From Brotaphodocola sp. (GTDB lineage: Bacteria; Bacillota; Clostridia; Lachnospirales; Lachnospiraceae): a stretch of 64,000 nt of DNA. A model generated the notes under the pieces. The model saw only the letters and a list, made by a program, of their open reading frames with translations, was not told the DNA's origin and did not search any database. This document shows, one piece after another, positions 48,013 to 57,311 of this stretch. Within the stretch, counting starts at the first letter, position 1. Each line of letters begins with the position of its first letter. The stretch spans positions 1,682 through 65,681 of the forward strand of contig NZ_JBNMIQ010000016.1 in the NCBI RefSeq assembly GCF_050873365.1, written 5' to 3'. A program made the translations under genes and the position numbers.

Positions 48013-48079
48013 ATTTCTAATATTTAATAACGTATCCATTTCGTATGTTCATAATAAAACACAATGCCGAATTTGTCAA
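48013..48079 (-). promoter_or_regulatory. sigma-A promoter plus conserved operator module (copy B)
   Basis: On the minus strand: TTGACA (48074-48079), a 17-nt spacer, TATTAT (48051-48056), then GAACATACGAAATGGATACGTTATTAAATATTAGAAAT. Confidence 0.6.
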
Positions 48080-48146
48080 TAGGTCATTGATGTTTTCAGC
48101 ATTGTGTTTATTTTTTGCGTTTTATTTTTATGCATCCTGCACAAGG

Positions 48147-48212
48147 ATTTTGAATCTTTGAATTTTTGAATCTTTGAGACTTTGAGGCTTTGAATCTTTG
48201 AGGCTTTGAGGC
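48147..48212. repeat. about eight tandem 8-nt units (CTTTGARN)
   Basis: TTTGAATC TTTGAATT TTTGAATC TTTGAGAC TTTGAGGC TTTGAATC TTTGAGGC TTTGAGGC, immediately 3' of the GntR stop codon. Confidence 0.8.
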
Positions 48213-48216
48213 TTCC

Positions 48217-48861
48217 TTAACGGTAGCGCGTCAGCACATCCTCCATGCTTCGGATGATGTGGCGGTGCATCCGTTTTCTCGCCTGATCCGCATCTCGCTT
48301 CTCGAGTGCTTCCAGAATCTCCTTGTGCTCCGTCAGGGACTTGACCGCATACTCCTGAGCCGTCGATTTCACACCCATCGACAGACCATTCCACAACTCA
48401 GACAGCATTTTTTTCAGTTTTTCATTGCCCGATGCCTTCCAGATCTCATAGTGGAACGACTGGTTGTAATTGGAATAGCTTCCCGAATCATCCTGATCGA
48501 GAGCCTCCTGTGCAGACTCAACACAGTTGTGGATTGCATCGAGATCTGCTCCCATCTCACAGCAGAGTGCACATGCCTCACTCTCAAGCGCCGCACGCAC
48601 CTGATAGTGTTCCCGGATCGTCGTCTCATTGATTCCAAGCACAACGGCTCCCTTATTCTGCTTTAAATCGATCAGTCCATCTCTCGAGAGGATCTGAAAT
48701 GCCTCACGCACCGGTGTCACGGAGACGCCAAGCTCCTGCGCCGTCGTCTCGAGTGCAAGCACCTCTCCCTCTGAAATCTGCTTTGAAATAATCGCTTTTC
48801 TCAGCGCAGAAGCCACTCGCTCCCTCGCCGGAAGAAGCTGAATTGGTTTTAATCCTAACAT
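48217..48861 (-). CDS. GntR-family regulator (FadR/FCD subfamily)
   Basis: 214 aa with an N-terminal winged HTH (LETTAQELGVSVTPVREAFQIL) and an FCD-type C-domain. Confidence 0.85.
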   Translation of the reverse strand: MLGLKPIQLLPARERVASALRKAIISKQISEGEVLALETTAQELGVSVTPVREAFQILSRDGLIDLKQNKGAVVLGINETTIREHYQVRAALESEACALCCEMGADLDAIHNCVESAQEALDQDDSGSYSNYNQSFHYEIWKASGNEKLKKMLSELWNGLSMGVKSTAQEYAVKSLTEHKEILEALEKRDADQARKRMHRHIIRSMEDVLTRYR

Positions 48862-49436
48862 GTTCCGTCCCCTCTCTCTTTTCTCATGCGAATCATTGCA
48901 TCCGCAAGCATCTCAAAATACCCCAAAAGTTCCTTCTCGCCTTCTTCCTGTTTTCCGGATTTCCACAGTGCTCTCGCCATCATCAGCTTCCGCTCACTCT
49001 CCATACACGTTCCGCTGTTCACAACAAATGCCGTGTAGATCTCAATCAGCGTCTCCAACGACTTCTTGGAAAAGCTGTAACGGTGATTTTTCCAGATCTC
49101 CCGATGGAATTCCATCTCCTGTTGCGGAAGTTCCTCCGGATTCTGCCACTCTCTGAGCGCTTCCGCCTCCAAAAGGGCAGTGTGACGGAACACATGATAA
49201 AAGAACTCGTCCGTCAGCTGGCTCACTCTCACATGATTGTTCGGAAGACGATCGATCAGTCCCTGATATTCGAGCAAAATCAATGCCTCCCTGACAGGCA
49301 TCCGCGATACACCAAGACTCTGCGCAAGTTCATTCTGCGTCATCTCCGTGCCATTCGGAATGTCCCCGGAAAGAATGGCATCCTTGAGCACTTCCACGAT
49401 GCTTCCCTGTTTTTTCTTTACTCCGACATACTCCAC
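48855..49436 (-). CDS. GntR-family regulator (FadR/FCD subfamily), second tandem copy
   Basis: 193 aa with the HTH QNELAQSLGVSRMPVREALILL. It overlaps the next GntR gene by 7 nt. Confidence 0.85.
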   Translation of the reverse strand: MEYVGVKKKQGSIVEVLKDAILSGDIPNGTEMTQNELAQSLGVSRMPVREALILLEYQGLIDRLPNNHVRVSQLTDEFFYHVFRHTALLEAEALREWQNPEELPQQEMEFHREIWKNHRYSFSKKSLETLIEIYTAFVVNSGTCMESERKLMMARALWKSGKQEEGEKELLGYFEMLADAMIRMRKERGDGTC

Positions 49437-49765
49437 AATTCTTCTCCTCCACGCCGTTCCTGCACGGAAGCCATTTTGCTGCTCTCCCCTCCATGCATCC
49501 CGATTTTTCTTTTTCTCTCTACTTCTCTGTTTCTTTACTTTTTTACTTTTTTACTTTTCTGATTTTCTAATTCTCTCGTTCACTCAACATCCCGTGATCA
49601 TGCAAATATTAATCATACATTATATTGTATCCATTTTTATTTAAAAAGTAAAGAGCCAAAATCCATCTTTTTTCTCAAAGTCGGCGTTTTCGTTACCGTT
49701 CGTGCATTACACAAACGGTAACAACATTTTTTACGCAACTAATTCTCTCTGTGCTGTGCTCTACT

Positions 49766-51769
49766 CTACTCATTTCCCTCTTCCCACATTTCCATCCATT
49801 CTAGGCAGAGTTCATGCCAGAGCTTCCATGCCTCATCGCACTCACTGCGCAGACCATCTAAGGTTTTAAGAGAAACCGGAGACTCTGGCGTCTCGCCAAC
49901 CCATTCTGATTCTGGTTCACCGAATTTTGGCTCACCGGATTCTGGTTCACCAAATTTTGATTCATTGGATTCTGGGTTATCAAGAGGCGAAGGTTCTCCA
50001 AGCAGTTCTTTCCAGTATTCCTCGGATTCACAAATCGCCTGCTCTGCATCTCTCACACGCTCCTCAAGCATTGCATAACGTTCCCCTGCCGGCTCCATTT
50101 TTTCACACACAAGACGGAGCTTCCAGTCAAGATATGCCTCCTCCGTCGAAATCTCGCGAAGTCGATGACGCTCTGCCTTCGGAACCGCACGCATCCCCTC
50201 AATCAGCGCCATATCCTCTGCCCGAACCTGCTCTGCAACCGAAACTCCCTCCGCCTCCTTGCGACAGCGCTCGAGATAATGTTCATATCCAAACGGATGA
50301 TACATTGCGCTCCTGCCGTCAAAAATCAGCATCGCGTCTGCGACCTGACGGATAAAATATCGATCATGAGAGACAAAAAGAATCGTCCCCGTGTAGGCCT
50401 GAAATGCGGTCTCAAGAACTTCTTTTGCCGGGATATCCATATGATTCGTCGGCTCATCGAGCACAAGGAAATTCGGACGGCTCTGCAAGAGCTCTGCGAG
50501 AACAAGGCGGGAACGCTCTCCGCCGGAAAGTTCCGATACCTTGCGTCCCGCCTCCTTTCCTCGAAACAGGTAAGCTCCGAGCACACTTCTCGCATCCTTC
50601 TCTGTCATCGCCGGAAATAGCTCATGAAAATGCTCCAACACCGTCTTATCCGAGGTAAATTCTGCGGTATGCTGATCAAAATATCCGATTGTCACCTGAT
50701 TTCCCGGACCGCCCTCGCCCGCAATCTGCGGAAGCAATCCGGCAACCGTCTTTAAAAATGTAGTCTTTCCTGCTCCATTTGGACCGATCAGACCGATTTT
50801 CTGTCCTCTGCGGATTCTCAGAGACAGTTCGAGAATCGGTTTCTCATATCCGATTTTCAGATGCTCCGCAGTAAACACCCACTTGCTCCCGAGAATCAGG
50901 GGACTGATCTCCCCGAAATGAACTCTCATCTCCTCCGGATTTGGCTCACTGACGCGCTCCATGCGCTCAAGCTGTTTCTTTTTTGCGCGCGCAAACGAAG
51001 CCTTTGTCGGCTTATGGCGGAAGCGCTCAATGACCTCATCTAAACGCTTAATCTCCTCCTGCTGGCGTTCCCACGCCTTCTTCTGGATCTCAAGCGCGTG
51101 CTGTTTCTCTGCACGGTATTGACTGTAATTGCCCGCGTAGCGCACCAGAGACGTGCCAGACGCCTCATAGATGACCTCTGCTGTCCGATCGAGGAAAAAA
51201 CGATCATGGGAGACCATCACAACCGCATGGGGATATTCGCGCAGATATTCCTCAAGCCACTGAACCGTCGGAATATCGAGGTGATTCGTCGGCTCATCGA
51301 GTAGAAGAATATCCGGTTTCATCAGAAGAAGTCGAATAAACGCAATCTTCGTCTGCTCTCCACCCGAAAATTCCTCAAGTCGCTTTTTCTTATCCTCTTT
51401 CGAAAAGCCAAACCCTGTGAACAGGCGGTCATACTCCATCTCATAAGCAAAACGCTCCCGGTCAAATCGATCCTTGCACGGGCATGCCTCAAGAAGCTCC
51501 TCCTCGACCGTGCGCCCGAGATCCCCGCTCAGATGCTGATGCAACATCCCGATTGTGAGCTGTCTCGATCGCAGAATGCCGGGGCCCTGTCTGCGGTCAT
51601 CTCGGTCAAGTTCTAACTCGCCTGCAATCAGACGCAGAAGTGTTGTCTTTCCCGTTCCATTGCGTCCGACAACCGCAATCTTCTCATTCCCCCGAATCTC
51701 AAAATTGATATGGGCGAGAATCGGCTTCCCTCCCAGTGACACACTTCCGTCCACAATCTGATACAGCAT
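49766..51769 (-). CDS. ABC-F family ATPase (two ABC domains, no TM) with a repeat-containing C-terminal extension
   Basis: Two Walker A motifs (GRNGTGKTT, GPNGAGKTT) and two signature motifs (FSGGEQ, LSGGER). The tail contains SKFGEPESGEPKFGEPESE. Confidence 0.9.
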   Translation of the reverse strand: MLYQIVDGSVSLGGKPILAHINFEIRGNEKIAVVGRNGTGKTTLLRLIAGELELDRDDRRQGPGILRSRQLTIGMLHQHLSGDLGRTVEEELLEACPCKDRFDRERFAYEMEYDRLFTGFGFSKEDKKKRLEEFSGGEQTKIAFIRLLLMKPDILLLDEPTNHLDIPTVQWLEEYLREYPHAVVMVSHDRFFLDRTAEVIYEASGTSLVRYAGNYSQYRAEKQHALEIQKKAWERQQEEIKRLDEVIERFRHKPTKASFARAKKKQLERMERVSEPNPEEMRVHFGEISPLILGSKWVFTAEHLKIGYEKPILELSLRIRRGQKIGLIGPNGAGKTTFLKTVAGLLPQIAGEGGPGNQVTIGYFDQHTAEFTSDKTVLEHFHELFPAMTEKDARSVLGAYLFRGKEAGRKVSELSGGERSRLVLAELLQSRPNFLVLDEPTNHMDIPAKEVLETAFQAYTGTILFVSHDRYFIRQVADAMLIFDGRSAMYHPFGYEHYLERCRKEAEGVSVAEQVRAEDMALIEGMRAVPKAERHRLREISTEEAYLDWKLRLVCEKMEPAGERYAMLEERVRDAEQAICESEEYWKELLGEPSPLDNPESNESKFGEPESGEPKFGEPESEWVGETPESPVSLKTLDGLRSECDEAWKLWHELCLEWMEMWEEGNE

Positions 51770-51854
51770 TGGTGTTCTCCTTCATTTGTCTCAAAAATTA
51801 TTTTTTATTTTGAAAAAAATATTAGTCAAATGTTAGTCCAGATTCTTTCCATAC

Positions 51855-51887
51855 AACGAAAAAGGACACCCTCCGAAGAGGATGCCC
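51855..51887 (-). terminator. rho-independent terminator after tRNA-Arg
   Basis: Minus-strand RNA GGGCAUCCUC-UUCG-GAGGGUGUCC (10 bp including two G-U pairs, so strand-specific) followed by UUUUUCGUU. Confidence 0.75.
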
Positions 51888-51898
51888 TTTCTATTCAG

Positions 51899-51972
51899 CG
51901 TGCGCGAGAAGATTCGAACTCCCGACACCTTGGTCCGTAGCCAAGTGCTCTATCCAGCTGAGCTACGCGCAC
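51899..51972 (-). tRNA. tRNA-Arg (anticodon ACG)
   Basis: Hand-folded cloverleaf: acceptor GUGCGCG/CGCGCAC, D-arm GCUC/GAGC, anticodon stem CUUGG/CCAAG with loop CUACGGA, T-arm GGGAG-UUCGAAU-CUUCU. 74 nt, and the CCA is not encoded. Confidence 0.9.
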
Positions 51973-52048
51973 ATCCGGCTTATCGCCTGTCACAACTTTC
52001 TGAGCTCTGTGCCTTAGCTCTTAGCTCTTGTCCGCTGCAACGATAGTT

Positions 52049-52077
52049 AGTATACTGCACATTATCGTTTTTGTCAA
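52049..52077 (-). promoter_or_regulatory. sigma-A promoter of tRNA-Arg
   Basis: On the minus strand: TTGACA (52072-52077), a 17-nt spacer, then TATACT (52049-52054), about 77 nt upstream of the mature 5' end. Confidence 0.65.
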
Positions 52078-52240
52078 CACTTTTGCAAAACTTTTTTTAA
52101 TTTTTTTTGAAAGCCCGATTTTCCCTTGATTTTAAAGGAAAAACGGGCTTTCACCAGACACAATTTTCGTGCCGTCTCAAAATTTTCTTTTTGATTTTTT
52201 GATTTTTCTTTTGAGTTTCTTTTTAAATTTTTTGCATTTC

Positions 52241-54004
52241 TTACTTTTCCAGACTCTTCCAGCGGAAGTTCGGAATCACATCGCTCCACTTATTGATACC
52301 GATCAGTGCTTTGTACTTCTCCGTCGTCTCAAGCGTCGCATTCTTGTTGTCGATATTCTTGTATACAATCCAGGACGGTTTCTGCTTTGTCGCCACGATG
52401 TCATTCGGCTTGCTCTCATCGCAGTGCCACAGACCAAATGCCTGGGATGCCGAAAGCTCCGTCGGCGCATCGACCTGACGACTCATGATGAACGCGTCAA
52501 TGTACGGATTGCTATCCGCGATATAATACGCATAGGCGATCGCCGCTGCCTGAAGATCCTCCGTCGTTCCTCTCGTCGCACTCTTTGAGGTAAATCCCTG
52601 TTCGGAGAGAATGACATGGCGCACGGCACCGGATGCATTGCGGAACTGCGCCTGCTGGAGATAATCCGTCAGCACGCTCAGGTTCAGCATATTGACAACC
52701 GGGGAGGATGCATCGTTCTTGATAAGTCCAGTCTCCGCATCATTCCAGAACTCCGGCTCTGTCAGCGGAATCGAGTACGGATGGTAAGCAATTCCCCAAT
52801 CCATCGAACCGCCCGGAATCATCTTGTTGTTGAACGTATCGATGACATCCTTCGCATTGTACTTGAGACTTCCGTCTGCGTCGTAGTTCCAGTTGTAGTC
52901 AGTCGAGAAAAATACTCTGCTGTTCGCACTCGTACTCTTGATCGATGTGTAGAACACGCGGAACGCTCTCTGGTACTCCTCGACATACTGATCGAGGCTC
53001 ATCGGTCCCATGTAATTCCAGAGCTGGTTGTTGATCTCATTTCCGATTACCCAGTTGGACACTCTTCCATATGGGGATTTCAGACTTCCATAACGATCTG
53101 CAAGGAAGGTTGCAATTGCGCGAACCGTCTCATATCCCTCCTGAGTCGCCACATTGAATCCATAGTAATTTGCGGTTGTCGCAGGCTGTTTCGTCACACC
53201 CGGATAGTAGAGCTGAGGGGTCGAATCGCTCCAGCCGTTTAAGATAACCGCAGTCACCGTCATGTCCTTCTCCGACATCCGGCGGATCGTGTCATCATAG
53301 ACTGCAAGCACATCCTTGCTGAAATGATAGGTCTTTCCGTCAAACTGATAGTCAATTCCGCTTCCCAGAATGTGATTGAACGGAATATTGACAATCACAT
53401 GGTTGACACCCAGAGAAAACGCATCTGAGAGCATCGCCGGGGTCGTCTGAATCAACAGACCCTTCTTTGTCTGTGCGCTCTTGTAGGCATCGGTGTACTT
53501 TGCCACCGATTCCGGATTCGAGATATACGCCTCATTGCTGACAATCGTATACTCGCTTCCGTCATAGACCGCAACAACATAGCTTGAGCAGAGCGCATCC
53601 TGCGCCGTTCCGAGATTCAGCGGAACCTGAAAATTCAGCGCATCGCCCTTTGTGATCCATGCGCAGTAGTCCGTTCTGCCCTTCAAATCTCTCTGGTAGG
53701 GCTTCATCTCAAACAGATAGAGATAATTGTCATAGTACGCGGAATCTGACCACGTTCCCTCCATCTGTCCCTTGATCAATACCTGTTTTCCATTCTCCAC
53801 TGTACAGCTGGTTATATGCGCAAACTCCGTCGGAGTCGGCTTTTCTTCTTCTGCCCGTGCCTGAATGATTCCCGTTATTCCGGTAAATGCGGTGAGCACC
53901 ACCAGACAGCACAGAGATAACCAGTACTTCCAGTTTAAGTACTTCTTTTTTGTCTTCAACTTCTTCTGCCTCCAATCTCTGCCTTTTTTCACATCCTTTA
54001 TCAT
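52241..54004 (-). CDS. membrane-anchored/secreted hypothetical protein, possible glycoside-hydrolase-fold (DUF5722-like)
   Basis: About 587 aa with a basic N-terminus plus a signal-anchor helix. The sequence is rich in W/Y/N/D, typical of carbohydrate-active TIM-barrel proteins. The family assignment is from memory only, and the start is uncertain (ATG 54004 or TTG 54019). Confidence 0.5.
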   Translation of the reverse strand: MIKDVKKGRDWRQKKLKTKKKYLNWKYWLSLCCLVVLTAFTGITGIIQARAEEEKPTPTEFAHITSCTVENGKQVLIKGQMEGTWSDSAYYDNYLYLFEMKPYQRDLKGRTDYCAWITKGDALNFQVPLNLGTAQDALCSSYVVAVYDGSEYTIVSNEAYISNPESVAKYTDAYKSAQTKKGLLIQTTPAMLSDAFSLGVNHVIVNIPFNHILGSGIDYQFDGKTYHFSKDVLAVYDDTIRRMSEKDMTVTAVILNGWSDSTPQLYYPGVTKQPATTANYYGFNVATQEGYETVRAIATFLADRYGSLKSPYGRVSNWVIGNEINNQLWNYMGPMSLDQYVEEYQRAFRVFYTSIKSTSANSRVFFSTDYNWNYDADGSLKYNAKDVIDTFNNKMIPGGSMDWGIAYHPYSIPLTEPEFWNDAETGLIKNDASSPVVNMLNLSVLTDYLQQAQFRNASGAVRHVILSEQGFTSKSATRGTTEDLQAAAIAYAYYIADSNPYIDAFIMSRQVDAPTELSASQAFGLWHCDESKPNDIVATKQKPSWIVYKNIDNKNATLETTEKYKALIGINKWSDVIPNFRWKSLEK

Positions 54005-54038
54005 AGCATGATATGTCAAAGGTGCAAGAACGATTCTC

Positions 54039-56387
54039 TTACATTGGCTTACAATTTTCTTGCAGAATATGCTGAAAATCTTCCTGAAATTCTGTTTTTG
54101 TCATAAAACGGTCGATCATTCCGTTGTTCCGATACCACTCAAAATCCGTCTCCACCTGATCTGACGTCAGGATCAGGCGGATCTCCGGGTTGACTCTGCG
54201 CAGGATCTCACAGAGCTCGATTCCGTTCATCATCGGGATCATATAATCCGCAATCACCATCTCATAAAGCTCTGGATTTTTCTGCACCTTGTCGATGAGG
54301 ACAGCCGGATGCTCATACAGATCAATACTGTAACGGCTCCCGCGCGCCTGTCCCTTCATTTTCCGCAACATCTCGTCCGCGGACACAATCGCAATCCTTG
54401 AGACGGATTTGAGGCGCTTGCGCCCATCCTTATCCTTCTTCTGATCGCTCTCCGGATCTGCCTGATACTCCGGAATGTAGAGTTCAAAACACGTTCCCTG
54501 ATCCGGTGCACTCTTCACTTCAATCCTGCCATCCACCGAACGAATCATGTTCTGGACAACCGAAAGTCCAAGACCGGTTCCCTGTCTCGATCCCTTCGTC
54601 GTGTAAAACGGCTCAAAGATCTGCTGGCGCGCACTCTCGCTGATTCCACATCCCGTATCGGAAACCCGCAGGCAGATCATGTTCCCCGCTTCCCGCCTTA
54701 AAGAGACCGTCAAAATCTTTTTCTCCGAGTGTTCCATCGCCTGAAACGCATTTTTGCACAGGTTCATCAAGATGTGCTCTGCCATTCCGCGCCGTCCCCA
54801 GATAAAAAGGCTCTCCTGCGTGATTTCCGCCCGAAATGTAATTGCAGACGGCACAAGCTGACGCACAACCATAAGCGCGCTGTTCGTCTCCTCCGTGAAA
54901 TCCAGTTTCTCAAGCCGGACTCCCATATCCTGTCTCGAAAATGCCAGAAGCTCCCTCGAGAGATTCGAGGCCTTGTCGACTGAGCGCGTGATTTCCCGGA
55001 TCATCTCCTTATTTTCCTCAGAAATGCTCTCATCACTCTCGAGAAGCTCCGAGTAGATCAGCACCGGTGTCAGATAATTGTTGAATTCATGCGCGATATG
55101 GCTTGCCATCATGCCGAGCGACTGAATTCTCTGATAATGGCGGATCTCATCGTTCTTCCGCGCGAGCAGTTCCATTCCCTGATTGATTTCTTTTAAGTAA
55201 GAAATCTCTTTCTGCTGGGAGACTGCGAGGAAACGGTTTTTGAGGATCATCCGCGTCGCAAAGACGAGCACGAGAATATAGAACATCACAATCCCGACGA
55301 GAACCACCATCATCCGATTTAACGGGCTGTCAAGCTCCTCCATCGGCAGAGTCGAGTTCACGATCCACCGCTCCCCCTGAATATAGATCACCGTGAACGC
55401 GACAATCCTGCGCACAGCCGGCAGGGACGGATCGTCCCAGACATAACTGTCAAGAATTCCCGTTCCAGAATCTTCTTTTGTCTGGCGTTCCACCCACGAA
55501 TCAAGACTTGTCAAATTTAACGACGGATAGCGCAGACTTCGCCCTTTGACTGCGTCCATGCCGATCTGATCCTGCGCGTGGTGCATGATAATATCAAGGT
55601 TCTGGTCTTTCACGACGGAATATCCATTTTCTCCGATCTTGACCGGCTCGACAATCTTCTGGTAAATGCGATGCAGATCCATCGAAAACAAAAGCACATA
55701 CTCGCCTTCCTGTGTGACAATCTTCTTTGCAATCTTCATCTCATACCATCCGGTCTGATCGGAAAGTTGTTTCCCGACAATCTCTGCCTGCAAGTTTCCC
55801 CTCTGATCGGTCATCTCCCCACTCGTTCTCTTTGCCTCCTCAATCTCTGCCCGCGCACTTGAGGAGGAACTTTGAATTTCTGTGTGATCCGTCAGATACG
55901 AGTAAGTCGCTCCACTTGGAGTATCAAGAAGAATCTGATCGTACAGCCCCTCACTCTCTTTCAGGAAATATCCTGTCTGTCTGCGAATTTTAAGCTCCGT
56001 CTCACTGCTCTTTGCCAAGAGAGCTATCTGACTCTCCTCCGCACTTTCAATCGGGGGCTCGACCTGCTCTTTATCCTGATCTTCATTCTGATCTTCCTTC
56101 TGATCCTCAATTTGGCTTGAATCGCCGAATCGACTTTCCGAATCATCGAAATCCTCGTAATAAAGATCAATCTGTTTCAACTCCGAGTTCAGATACGAGC
56201 TCAAGTTATTTCCGATCACCCCCGCGATCGTCAAAAGCTGGCTCTCCTCCGTCCGAATCATCGAATCCCGATACCTCCGATAAAACGTCAGACAGGCAAC
56301 AACCATCGCAAGCGACAAAAGTACAATCAAAATAAAGGAAACAAGTTCCGTGATGTGTTTCTTCCCCCATCCGTTCAGATTCTGCAT
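54039..56387 (-). CDS. hybrid sensor histidine kinase with extracytoplasmic Cache-like domain
   Basis: 782 aa: TM, a ~330-aa extracellular region, TM, the H-box HIAHEFNNYLTPV, an HATPase (GTGLGLSVV) and a C-terminal receiver-like domain (VIADYMIPMMNG). Confidence 0.85.
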   Translation of the reverse strand: MQNLNGWGKKHITELVSFILIVLLSLAMVVACLTFYRRYRDSMIRTEESQLLTIAGVIGNNLSSYLNSELKQIDLYYEDFDDSESRFGDSSQIEDQKEDQNEDQDKEQVEPPIESAEESQIALLAKSSETELKIRRQTGYFLKESEGLYDQILLDTPSGATYSYLTDHTEIQSSSSSARAEIEEAKRTSGEMTDQRGNLQAEIVGKQLSDQTGWYEMKIAKKIVTQEGEYVLLFSMDLHRIYQKIVEPVKIGENGYSVVKDQNLDIIMHHAQDQIGMDAVKGRSLRYPSLNLTSLDSWVERQTKEDSGTGILDSYVWDDPSLPAVRRIVAFTVIYIQGERWIVNSTLPMEELDSPLNRMMVVLVGIVMFYILVLVFATRMILKNRFLAVSQQKEISYLKEINQGMELLARKNDEIRHYQRIQSLGMMASHIAHEFNNYLTPVLIYSELLESDESISEENKEMIREITRSVDKASNLSRELLAFSRQDMGVRLEKLDFTEETNSALMVVRQLVPSAITFRAEITQESLFIWGRRGMAEHILMNLCKNAFQAMEHSEKKILTVSLRREAGNMICLRVSDTGCGISESARQQIFEPFYTTKGSRQGTGLGLSVVQNMIRSVDGRIEVKSAPDQGTCFELYIPEYQADPESDQKKDKDGRKRLKSVSRIAIVSADEMLRKMKGQARGSRYSIDLYEHPAVLIDKVQKNPELYEMVIADYMIPMMNGIELCEILRRVNPEIRLILTSDQVETDFEWYRNNGMIDRFMTKTEFQEDFQHILQENCKPM

Positions 56388-56426
56388 TTCTCTCTGTCTC
56401 CCTTCACTCCGTCTTGCAGTCTCTAC

Positions 56427-57113
56427 TCACAGATCCATCTTGTAACCGATTCCCCGGACTGTCTTTAAGTAATCCGGATTTTTCGGGTCATCCTCAATCT
56501 TGTCGCGAATCCTCTTCACATAAACCGTGATCGTGTTGTCATCCACAACGGCCTCATTCCAGACCTGCATGTAGAGCTGTGCCTTCGTGAACACCTGACC
56601 CGGATTTTCCATCAGAAAACGAAAGAGCGCCTGTTCCCTCGCGGTGAAATTCAGTGGTTTTCCATTTTTCAGACACTCCATCTTCACTGTGTCGACCGTG
56701 AACGGTCCTCTCTGAATCGCAGACGGCGCCATCTGGCTGTAAATCTGGCTTCTGCGAATCAATGCCTTGACTGTCTGAATCAAGACGGCAATGTGAAACG
56801 GCTTTGTCAAGTAGCTATCCGCTCCGAATCCAAGTCCAAGCACCTGATCCATCTCATCGGATTTTCCTGAGAGCATCATCACCGGCGTGTTGTCCCCCGA
56901 TGCCCGCATGCTCTGGAGCACCTGATAACCACCGACCCGCTCCATCATCACATCGAGAATCACCAGATGAAAATGCTGTTTCTGGAGCAGTTCAAGCGCC
57001 TCATCCCCGTCCGAGGCTTCCGTCACATGCATGCCCTCGCGCGCAAGCGCTGTCCGGATCGCAAGCCGGATTGCCCTCTCATCGTCCACTACAAGAATCT
57101 CTTCTGCGTTCAT
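56427..57113 (-). CDS. OmpR-family response regulator
   Basis: 228 aa with a receiver (ILVVDDE, LVILDVMM) and a winged helix (ITVYVKRIRDKIE, LKTVRGIGYKM). Confidence 0.9.
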   Translation of the reverse strand: MNAEEILVVDDERAIRLAIRTALAREGMHVTEASDGDEALELLQKQHFHLVILDVMMERVGGYQVLQSMRASGDNTPVMMLSGKSDEMDQVLGLGFGADSYLTKPFHIAVLIQTVKALIRRSQIYSQMAPSAIQRGPFTVDTVKMECLKNGKPLNFTAREQALFRFLMENPGQVFTKAQLYMQVWNEAVVDDNTITVYVKRIRDKIEDDPKNPDYLKTVRGIGYKMDL

Positions 57114-57311
57114 ATCCCGTTTTTCCTTTCCTCTCTCCCTCTGAAATTTAATTTTCTTTTCCCTTATCTTCCATATTCTTTCATACCATTTAATATCTTT
57201 TCATACCGTTTCATATTTTTTTATCTGCTCTATCCACAATCTATCATCTCATATATCATGGTAAATAAAAAACACTTCCATGGTTTGCTGGATCTTTCCA
57301 TCCCATCAGTA

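Noticed and set aside
52118-52162. Hairpin GAAAGCCCG...CGGGCTTTC as the terminator of the DUF5722-like gene
   Set aside because: On the minus strand it is followed by an A-run, not a U-run. On the plus strand the T-run precedes it. It may still pause transcription, but it does not fit a canonical intrinsic terminator, so it is not listed as a feature.
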